Shown piece after piece: positions 20,920 through 31,480 of a stretch of DNA of 64,000 bases (within the stretch, counting starts at the first letter, position 1; every line of letters begins with the position of its first letter). The position numbers and the translations under genes are program-made. Source of the stretch: Gekko japonicus (taxonomy: Eukaryota); NCBI RefSeq assembly GCF_001447785.1, contig NW_015164189.1:191391-255390 (forward strand), in the 5' to 3' direction. The notes under the pieces were generated by a model that searched no databases, was not told the DNA's origin, and worked only from the letters and a program-made list of their open reading frames with translations.

Positions 20920-22329
20920 AATAAAATAACAGTGACTATTTTATTGAACATTATTGAATACCATATCAAAACACCTTGACTAATAGGGGAAGCTTCCCTT
21001 CCCAAGCTTTAAAGTTTGTTTGTTTTTTTGTAATTTTTGTTGTTTTTTTTAACTATATAAATACAGATACCTTTTCCCTGCTGGATGATGGCTGCCGGCA
21101 GGGGCTTTTCCCATGGCTGAGACATTCTCCACTTCGTGCTCAAACGTGGATCGGGGTGGGAGGTTGGGGGGGGGGGTAACGTGTGTGTCTCTGTGCCACT
21201 TCACAACTCAGGCTCATTTCCCACGCAGGGCGGAGAGAGAGGTTCAGGCATCTTTAGCAGGACACTTGTGAATGGCCACAGCCCTTCAGGATGTCCCCAC
21301 GACTGCCCTGGAGTGAGAAGTTCAAACCGAGACTCGCTAAGGAGGGAGGGGGGGAAAAAACCAGGGGACTTTTGGCAATGAGGTGTGGCGTCCCCCAGGA
21401 AAAGGCAAAGGGGGTGGGGTGGGAGAAGAGATTCAGCTTCTCAGGTGCTGAATAGCTCTAGCAGGGAGGCCAAGAGGATGCAGTCTTGTAAACATCACCA
21501 GGAACACACATCAGTTGACACGAAATGGCTGTTTTTGTAAACACTTGAAAGACAAACCTACAACGCCTTCAAAAAACGAGACAGAAAAAATGCCCTTTCC
21601 TCCTCAGGGTGTGGGTGGGATTGAGGGTGGGTGGGGGTGTCGTCTCTCTTCCTGGTTCCAAGGAAAAAGAAGAAGAAGAAGAAGAAGAAAAAAAAAATCA
21701 CCTTTTCAGTGCAAAAAGTGTGGCCCGCATATAGCGGGAGGACAAAAGTTCCTTGTCAAAACGGTGGCAACCCTCTCTCGTGCTCCATTTGGCTGGCAGC
21801 CAGATCCAGACCAAACATCATGATGCCTCTGGGGACGGGGTGTCCGCAGCACCTTGGACGTGCTGGGCCTCCCCCCCCCCCCCCCGCCCCAGTTGAAGGC
21901 TGCCAAGGTACGGCTCTGCAAAGGTAGTGGCTTCTCTTTGGGGTCTTGTCTGCCCTTTTAAAGTCAAGAAGTAACACAACCCCCCCCCAAAACGCTGTCG
22001 TCCCGCAGGGTTCCAGAGTAGCTTTGGAGGAGGGAGTGGAGAGGAAGAGGCAAATGGAGGGGATTACCTGTCGAGAGGAACAGATCAACATATCAGCAGG
22101 CATGCAGACAGCGGACAAAAAAAGCCCCCACGTGCTGTGTGTTTCCCTGCACTTCCCCAGCTCCCATGGTAGCTGTTCTTCCCAACCCCATGCACCCCTG
22201 GAGTGTTTTTCAGGTTTTCTCTTTTTTTAAAAAAATGACAAACACACACGTCAATTACCTTTTTTTAAAAAATGAAAAACTCAAAAATCACAACCACCAT
22301 CCTAAACTTCACAGGTCTGTTGTCTGGAC
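20920..22329 (-). other. ZNRF1: ZNRF1 terminal non-coding exon (3'UTR)
   Basis: Minus-strand acceptor tttcttctttatttagttttcag| at 22330-22331; AATAAA at 20945-20940; U-rich and poor in retroposons; 3' end approximate. Confidence 0.7.
20940..20945 (-). terminator. ZNRF1 polyadenylation signal AATAAA
   Basis: tttatt on + strand, with U/GU-rich sequence downstream on the minus strand. Confidence 0.65.
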
Positions 22330-23118
22330 CTGAAAACTAAATAAAGAAGAAAAAAATGAAAAAAAATCACAAAAAATGGCCAAAACCTCACAGAGGAGGA
22401 GGAGGAGCAGAGAAAAATGCCCATTATGGGGGCAGGAAAAATGAAGCCAATGTGGGTGTGACCAGAAAAGTTCTAAGATCCAGACTTCCCTGCAGCATAT
22501 CCAGGGAAAATCCAGAAGGGGTATACAAAACTGTCATGATGCTGTGAGGAAGGGGGGGGGGGGGGGGGGAGGCTCCATCAGCTTCCCATTAGCATCAGTG
22601 CCAAACCAAGGACTTTGATGTGGAAGCAATTGTTATGGATGCATCCATGTGGAGGTTTTCATCCTCCTTGGCTTCCAAACCCTGCAGTGGAGTTTTGTGA
22701 GGAGAGCACCCACTAAACATTGTCTGCTAATCATCCACTTCTTATTGTTCTCAGTACATCGTTTCTCAAACCTGTTTTTGGTATGGTCTTTCCAGACAGA
22801 ATGCAGCTCAAACGCATTAGCAAGCTGGATGGGAGGGCATGGATTTTAGAAAGTAGCACCCAGTGTGGAACTATTTTCCTTCCCTCATCCCTTGGTGCCG
22901 TCCCAGTTTCCTCTGGAAAGAGGGCGATCGCTGCCAGATGTTGTATGGAAGCTCCAAAAGAATAGACGCACTCCTGTTTGGAAGCCAATATGGAGAGAGA
23001 AAAAAACCTCCATGTGCAAGCAAGCCTTGTGGATTTCAGAATGTTGGGACAAGTTTCTAAGAAGAAGTGCAAGGCACAGTTCTCCTGTGCTGAAGCTCCC
23101 TGCAAAATTGTGTACATT

Positions 23119-23498
23119 AGGGGGTCCCCAACCTTTTTGAACTGTTGGCACATCTGGAATGCTGACAAAGGGTGGCCGCCGTGACCATAAAATGGCTGCT
23201 GCAGGAAGTGAAGCCAACCACACACAGGAAGCCCAAATGCAGGGGAGAAGGAGAGTGATTAGAAAATAAACTGGGAAAGAGGGGTAATAAAAGCAATGCT
23301 GTGGTGGCATCTGCCACTGAAACAATATTCTTTACTTTGCACAGCCAATCAAATCTTCAGTGGCAAATCAGAAGCCCAATTGGGCAAGAGTCCCATCTGG
23401 CCACACCCACTTTCTAAAAACACTTAGTGGGCATGGGCACCAATGAAAGTGTTCACAGGCACCTTGGCACCCATGGGCACCACTCTGGGCACCCGAGT
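23119..23498 (+). mobile_element. hAT-like MITE
   Basis: aggggtccccaaccttttt start; homologous to 2465-2922. Confidence 0.65.
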
Positions 23499-23656
23499 GT
23501 AGACTCAACAAAACAGCTTTTTAATCATCTGCCAGTACGTGTGGATGGGCATGCATTGGAGTGGGTAGTATCAACATCAATGCCCAGAAACAGAGGCCTA
23601 TTTCTTGCAACAACAAACAAAAAAAATATATAGCACTTGCCTGTTTGCTGTATAAG

Positions 23657-23902
23657 AAGAACAAGAGTTGGTTTCATACCCTGCCCTTCACTACCCAAAG
23701 GAGTCTCAGAGCGGCTTACAATCGCCTTCCCTTCCCCTCCCCACAACAGACACCCTGTGAGGCAGGTGGGGCTGAGAGAGCTCTGAGAGAACTGTGACTG
23801 GTCCAGGTCACCCAGCAGGCTTCATTGGGCAGGAGGAGTGGGGAATCAAACCCGGTTCTTCAGATTACAGTCTGCCACTCTTAACCACTACACCAAGCTG
23901 GC
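23657..23902 (-). mobile_element. Squam3-like SINE
   Basis: Reverse complement of the 15376 family. Confidence 0.85.
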
Positions 23903-23952
23903 TTGCAAGACAAATGGCTCACCTGGGGAGAGATCTGCAAGCATTGCTAGAG

Positions 23953-24010
23953 TCAATCTGAAGGGTGCTCCGGGCATGATCTGTTCACTTCAAACCAGGA
24001 ATCTATACAG
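23953..24010 (-). CDS. ZNRF1: ZNRF1 exon 4, coding part (CIDSWFEVNRSCPEHPSD*); exon continues to 23923
   Basis: ttttgcag| acceptor; completes the RING domain; TGA at 23955-23953; |gtgagc donor after 23923. Confidence 0.96.
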
Positions 24011-24905
24011 CTGCAAAAGAAGAGGAGGGAGTCAGAAAAGGATCCATCACTACACGTCACCATGGCCAGTGCAGGCCTTTTGAAAGGGAACCAAAGTCGA
24101 ACACCTACTCAGCCATTGTCATTTCAGACGCTGTCATTTCCACAGGGGGATGGGCTGCATGATTTCCTCATTGTTGCTGCAGCTGCTAATATGGTGCAAC
24201 AGCAACAGGGCTTCCACATGGCAAGGTTTCCTCCAATTTTCCTTGCCCAGTTTCCCCAAGGCAAACATTTTGGAGGACTTAAAAAAAAATCAGCAGGATA
24301 GATCATTAAAACATCATTGCTGTGACAATCCATAGTAGAGGTTTAACAGGAAAGGCATAAGTCTGCAACAAAAGAGGTTAGAATCTTACTTTGTTAAAAA
24401 AAAATGCAAACAGGGAATTGAAAGAACTTGATAGGCAGATTGTTACAGCAATAACACAGTCATGTCACTGCTGATTTTTATTTTAAAAGACAAAACCCTC
24501 CAATGATGGGCAGGGAAAACTTCCCTGATGTTGGCAGGACCTGGGAGATCCAAACTTTCCTGTCTACATGGATGCTGCCCCAGCTCTGCTACACTCTTGT
24601 ACAAAATGTCGTAGCAAAGGAGGTTTGGAAAAGATCTCCAAGAGACGGCCAAACCCCAGGAGGTGCACCAGGATGGCATGTGGAAGCAGGGGGAGGTGGG
24701 GACCAGGGCAAACAACCCATGTGACAAGGAAAAGTATTATCAGCCCATACCTTTTGAGGAAGGAAGAAGCACCCAGAAGAGTTCTACAAACCCTTGTGGA
24801 GGGGGCTGAAGGAAGAGCTCGGGCTTTGGGGTAGCCTCAAGCAAGCCAAGTCATTGTCGCTCCACAACCAGTAATGCTCCAGAAAGGGCGGAGCTCACAC
24901 TGTAC

Positions 24906-25011
24906 CTCTTGTGGTAAATGCACAGGCAGGGAAGCCGAGCTATCGTGTCCCCCTGCAGGAGTTCTTCCAGGCAGATTACACACTCGCCTGCATCCTTTGT
25001 TAGCACATCGT
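24906..25011 (-). CDS. ZNRF1: ZNRF1 exon 3 (DVLTKDAGECVICLEELLQGDTIARLPCLCIYHK)
   Basis: ttgcag| acceptor, |gtacag donor, 106 nt; N-terminal half of the RING domain. Confidence 0.97.
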
Positions 25012-26904
25012 CTGCAAGGAGACAAAGAGAAAAGGCAGCTGGGTGACGAGGTGCAGCCACAAGCAGGAACAAAAGGCGCACATCTCCATGCTGCCCTGGC
25101 ATTGTTCCACTGTGTGTGTGTGTGTAGAAACTCAGGCCGATAAACCAAACAGAGCCCTGCCTCCTTATGGGTTTGCACAAGATCTATCAATACAAGTCCC
25201 TGGCCTTCTCACCCAACTCTGGTCTCAGAGGCCTCGTGTGCCCCTGGCTCTTCTGTAGTATATGGGAACAGAGGACACTTTAAGAAAGGGAGCAGGATTG
25301 GAGTCTATTCCACTGTTTAACAAATGCATTACCTTGCTCTTACTGCATTGTTTCCTACTTCTGCAGTTCCATTTTTTGCACAATTTATGTCCTATCTTGT
25401 TTGATAATCCTTTTTGCCTAGTTTGTCATTTTCGTCATCCTGGTCCTATTGGACTGTTTGCTGGATGTCTCCAGCTGCTTGACTCCATTGTCTTAACACT
25501 GGGTAATCCTCCTTTGTGTCTCAGCACTTAAGTAAATAAATAAAAATCAGGTATCTTTCAAAATAAACTACGTCACAGCAACTGTTCTATAAACAACAGC
25601 CCATGGTCCCTCCCCACCTGAAGTCCAAAGGGGTGCAGGTCTGGAAACCAGTTTAACTACAGAGTGAGAACTATCCCATGGTTGTGTTAGGAAACTTCCA
25701 TTTCTCCCATTCCCATGTTGGACCCGCTGACTGCCAAGTCCACATACTACAGGTTCCTTTTGTTAACATGACTGGTCGATAGTGAAAGGTTCGGCCAAAT
25801 GGGGTGTGCAACCCACTTTAAAATCCAGCAAGCTGCTTCGTCACGCCTGCCAGCCCTTCTCTAGCTTCTGCTAGATCAATTGAGAAAGCCATGACATGCT
25901 TTAGGATAGAAGAATGCAGCCACCATGGTGCAGGGACGGAAAAGCATTCTTTGTACAGACATTCCCTATCCGGGCAGCTGTGTAGTCATGGGGGCACAGT
26001 TGCATTCACTGGAACTGCAAGTTAACAAGCAAGTGTGATCAACCAATTTAAAATTTGAACTGCAGATTTAAAGAGGCCGCAGTGCACTTGAGAAAAGTTA
26101 CTAGTTTTACGGAAGACTTCTGGCTTGTATGAAAAGAAATATCTTTCCTTCAGCCAAGGAAGATTTAGCCCAGAGCCAAACAACTCTGGACACTGCTGTA
26201 ATTAAGAATGGATGTGTTGAAGGTCAAAAGAAGAAATGGGAGAAATAACAAACACCCAATCTTGCAGAATAGGCATGGATTGAACTGCAGACACTGAGAG
26301 TGACTTCCAAGCCTTCAAAAACAAAAGCTGGCAATGAATGCAACACAGCTTCCACAGCCATGTCCCTTTTTTAAAGGGAAAAGCAAGGTTTAAATTTTGA
26401 AATTATTTCCATACAAGCAGTTCAATTTGGAATTCACAGGTTGGGGGGGGGGGGAGTCTTTCACAGGAAGGTTTTGTGTGTCAAACTGCAGGCTTCCTCA
26501 CAATATCCTTGCCAGCTTATCGCATGTTCATGGTTTCCTGACCGTTTCTTCATGTTTCCTCAAAAATGGAGGAAAAGGTGGGCTGAGCAAATGCAGAGAA
26601 ACAACAAATGGACAACAATGTCATGAAGGAGCTGAGGGGGGTGCTACAAACCATAGGAAAACCTCCATATGGAAAGACTGTAATGTAAAATTAAAGAAGC
26701 TTGATTATGGTGTAACACGAAACCTGAGCTAAAAAAACCCACATCATGGTTTGCAGCTAGCTGGCAAAACCATGGTTGGAAGTGGGTTTGCAAACCCAGA
26801 TCGTGCTAATTGCAATGGGACAGAAATGATAAGCTGTTTACAGCCACTGCAGCACTTCCTGAGGCCCCAGCCCAGAGACTAGAGCACTGAGCTGATGGAG
26901 AACT

Positions 26905-27460
26905 ATTTATTTATTTTATTTACATTTTTAATCACCTAATCCCCATTACTGTGGAGCTCTAGGCAAGGTATGAATTTAAAACAATAGAAACCATTAAAAA
27001 AAATCAAAACATATGATTCGTTAATTAAAATCAAGTGGCAAAATTTTGTGGTTCCCTCCCATTTCCGGCCTGTGGGTGCCTCATCGGGATTTTTTTTGGG
27101 GGGGAATTAGATCTTTCAGGGAACAGAGATCCAAGAAGGGTGCCAGCTAGAGTGAAAACCGTTGCTGTCCTCAAGCAAATGCCTGGCGGAACACTTCTGC
27201 CTTACAGGCCCTGTGGAATTGCACGAGATCCCGAAGAGCCCTGATGTTATTTGGCAGAGAATTTCAGCAGGCTGGAACTGGGGCTGAGAAGGCCCAGAGC
27301 CTTGGTCGAGGAGAGACAGATAATCTCTAGGGCCAGGGACCACCAGAAAGTTGTTCTGTGAAGAGCATAATGCTCTCCTGGGGGTGCACCAGAGGAGGTG
27401 GTCCTGCGGATACGTTGGCCTCATACCACTCAAAGCCTTAAAGGTAAAAACCAACACTTA
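26905..27460 (-). mobile_element. L2 LINE 3' fragment
   Basis: Minus-strand ORF VLVFTFKALSG..PTY..DHL homologous to 4044-4200; (TTTA)n tail at ~26905. Confidence 0.8.
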
Positions 27461-29454
27461 TAGCAAACCACTGTTCTGCGGGTTGATTTCTAACTCCAGG
27501 CATTTCCCTGGAATGTCTGTCCCATCTGTCCTGGTTTTGAATGTATAGTCCCCCTGCATTTACAACATACAGCACAGCAAGCATTTATTTTACAAAGTAC
27601 ATCACCTCTTGCTTGTGAAGACCTGTTGAGAAACAGACATTATTAACCCCCCCTCCCCCCCCGCAACAGACCTAAATGTACTGCTGGTTCCATAAATGTG
27701 GTCATGACAGCTTAAGCACACACACAGGCACAGCTCTCTTAAACAACAAGGTAGCTCTTCACCCACCCACCCATGTGCAGTTTGCATTCTTAAATTAAAC
27801 TGCCATCTGCATCCAGGATGCCAACAGTGCTTGCAATAGTTCCAGGTGCATTAAAATCTAGTCAGTCAAATCCTTCGGTTGGTTAGAAGCCAGAGCATAG
27901 GCCGGAAGGATCTTTCATTGGGTGACGGCCCTGAACAAATCTGATACCCCAACTCTTCTAGAGGATCTCTCAGCACCAGCCAGAGAAGGTCTAGGACAAA
28001 CTCCCTGCGAGAGGCAGTGGAGACAAGAAATTGGCGCAGGAGAAGCCTGCGTCCCATTCCTCCTTCTGCCTGAAGTCAATTCTATGAAAATCCTCCCTTT
28101 CCTTCACAGCTCCAAAAATAGACAGAGAAGGTGATGGCAACTGGGGGGGGGGGAGAAGCGGGAGACAGAAAGAGAGAAGAGAAAGGAAGAGTTGCTAAGC
28201 ACCAAGGCTTTGCTTGCATGAATCTCTCCCCGCCCCCAAGCACGTCTGACCTGGCAGAACCCTAAAATCTGTGGATGTGTGCCAAGGACAGGGGGGGAGA
28301 GTGATGGGGGGGCTCATAGGAGGGGGGAAAGAAGCACTGTCTTTTGGAATTCCATTCTCCAGCATCTCTGGCACGACACACAAGGCCCTGTTCAGCTGGG
28401 CAGACCCGAGGAATTTCGAGGCGGGGGGGGGGGGGGGAGGAGATGGAGGAGGAGCTGCCCTCCTTATCCCAGACTGCTGCCAGGCAGGCTGGGGAAGGCC
28501 CAGCTGTGTGGTGCCGAATTGACCAGCTCCTCCTCCTGACCTGATTTTCCAGCTTGCAGGCTCGAGAGTTGCCCAGCGCCGCCTCTGCCAGCGCAGCCTG
28601 GGCGGATCCCGTGTAACGTCAGGGACTGATGCGGCCTGGCACTGACAGCCGGAGCAAGTGTCAGTCGATCAGACTTGTTGTTGCTGGGACTGACATACTC
28701 ACGCCGGCGGGGAGGGGGAGGGACAGCGACACAGGGCAAAGCCGGTCTGAGGCCTCAACTTGCGATGGAGGCAGCAAGCATCTTGAGCAAGGCAGGAAGA
28801 CTCTGGCTGCATGCACAGGGCAGAAGTGGCCACACACATTTCATGAGCTGGAGCAGCGCTTGTCCCTCTTCCCTCAGGACCATCACTGCCCCCCTCCAGC
28901 TCCCACTGTATGTGCCTCCCACACACATCATCACAGTCATTCCATCCAGGCACAGAACTTAACATCCAATGTTAGGTTACGTTTCCTGGAAACTTTGCTT
29001 TTGCTGGGGGGTGGGGGTGAAAATTCAAATTTCTAGACATTATGACCAGACAGATAATTTAGAAGGCATGGTAGGTCCGAAACTACCATTTCCCCATATT
29101 TTTTGCATGCAAATTACATAAAACCTGCTTTGTTGGCACAGATTTATTAGTCACAAAAATTTGTCTTCTCTTGGCGTGCAATTCCTGATTTATGCACTGG
29201 CACCCAGCACGCACAGCAGGGGGGGGGGAGATGCCAAGGTCTGGAAGATTAGACACAACCTATAACCATTCTACAGGGGACCTGAACATGAAAGGTAGGG
29301 GACAGAGGTGAACCAGCTGGGGAAACATGCCGGCCTGAGCCCAGGCAGACAGAGCTTTGAGCGCCCTGGGGAACGTCCTGCTTCAAAAAAGACCCACACT
29401 CACTTGCATTCACATCTTGCCAGACAAGACCTCCAACAGAAAAGACCCACTTAC

Positions 29455-29550
29455 CGTTGTAGGAGAGGCGGGGCTTGCTCAGACACATGATAAAGTGCAT
29501 TTCCGTTTCATCGGAAGCCACGGATTTGGAGCAAATGGGACACTTGAAAC
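29455..29550 (-). CDS. ZNRF1: ZNRF1 exon 2 (FKCPICSKSVASDETEMHFIMCLSKPRLSYN; C2HC/UBZ zinc finger)
   Basis: ctccag| acceptor, |gtaagt donor, 96 nt. Confidence 0.97.
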
Positions 29551-31313
29551 CTGGAGAGAGAAAGATGGGGGGAGGGTGTTAAAACAACCAGGTTATCAGC
29601 TCTGTTCCAACACCAACTGGGGAACAGTCTTGCAGGAAGAGAATCTAAGGCCAGAGCTGTATTCTGGACCATGTGTATTTTGAAACCAAGGAGAGGCCTC
29701 GACTGGCTTATGGCGCTCTGTAAAACCCAGTGTACGTTCGATGGCCCCAGACAATATTGGCAGTGGATGTTTGTACACTGTTTCCCTGGCTTGCCTTACG
29801 TATGCAATGGTGCAGGCTGTTGCTCGCAAAAACCTCATATCAGAATATGCCAGCTCACCCCCCAAAATGGTGACATGGCAAAATCTTGCTTTCTCCTCTC
29901 CTCCATTTTATCCTCACAATAACCCTGTGAGGTAGGCTAGGCTGAGAGTGTTTGACTGGCCCAAGGTCCAAGAGTGAGCTTCTGGGGCTGCATGTTCTTC
30001 TCTAATTTGTTCCTCATTCATAAGAACAAGCAACTGCAGAAGAGTGACAGGAATTTCCCACCTCACAGCATGTCATTTCCTTGACAAAAGTGACGTCTTT
30101 TTCTATAGTTTCTTGCTCTCTCTCTCTCTCTCTCTCAAAAAAGAACCCTGCTACTTTTAGAATTACCAGAACTCCCTTGGCAGCAAAGTTTGGGATCAGC
30201 CGTGGCTCCTCAGCACAGGTGTGCCTTCACCAAAGCATCCCATCTGTTTACAGAGGAGATCTGAATCACACGTAAAGAGTCAACTCCCTTTCCCCATTCA
30301 AAGACAGAGCCCACCCCTCCCTGCAAGTTCACACAGGCCCTTCTTAAAATACAGTCAAAAAGTCTCCTCTTTCCAAAAAGAGCCACCTCTGCCCAGGTTT
30401 GGCACGCAGATGCTTTCTAGGCTACAAAAAACACCTCAGCATATTGCTATTATAAAACCCACGAGGAGCAAGCATGCATAAAACCAGGACACGGAAGCCG
30501 CTTACTCAGACAGAGAGCAACTTCTACCCACTGGAGCTTGCGAACTAATTCCAGGCTGCCCACAAATTGCCACACACACATAAGCAAACAGAGGAATGTC
30601 CTGTCTGTCTCGGCCAGGGCTCTCCATAGTTCTGCAGGCTCTTTAAGCAATGGTGCTTCCCAGCCAAGGAGATAGAGTGGCTGCTCAGGATGCGCAGGAC
30701 ATGCGAGACAGTGAAATGTCATCCTCGAGGGAGGCTAGGGTGACAGAACGTTTTGCCCAGAGCTACATAATTAGCTTCATGGTGAAATCTGAAGATTCCT
30801 ACAGCCAAACAGGGTGCTTAAGCCACTGCACCAAAATCCAGCACATTTTTATGCCATCCTTCTCCTCCACGGAGCTCAAGTCACCTGATGTGAAGACAAA
30901 ATGGAAACCACAATACCCCGGGCGTGGCAGGTGAAGATGAGAGTGAGAGAGAGAGAGTGTGTGTAACTAGCTCAAGGTCATCAGGTGAGCTTCAGGGGAT
31001 GAGTGGGAACCTTTGTCTTCCCCAGTCCCCAGCCAACCCCCTAACCACTACGCCACCCTGGCCCCCGCTCTGGAGAAGTGCAGCTGTCATGACTGAGTAG
31101 CCCTTGTCTCTCTCCACAAGTGGGAAAAAGACGGCAACTTGCTTCACAAAGGGGCAAACAAGATCAGACATGCCACAGGAATAAATCCTACTCTGTCATG
31201 TGGAATGAAACAGGCACCTCAACCCAGGGAGCTTTTAAAAACCCTTCTCTTTCCTTAACATTGCCTCTCCCTGCCATGCTACCATGCTACTTTCTGCAGA
31301 GATATGTGCTAGG

Positions 31314-31480
31314 CGGTGTTTCCTCTAAGCTGAGTTAGTGTGAGCTAGCTCACAGTTTTTTAGCCTCCAGCTCACACTAATTTATGCAGTAGCCGAATCA
31401 CTTGCTCACAACTTTAACACCAGTAGCTCACAGAGTAGAATTTTTGCTTACAAGACTCCACAGCTTAGAGGGAGTATTGG
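31314..31480. mobile_element. hAT-like MITE with (C)AGTGTTCCCTCTAAGCTG-type TIRs
   Basis: gtgtttcctctaagctg ... cagcttagagggagtattg; oppositely oriented relative at 49138-49311. Confidence 0.75.
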
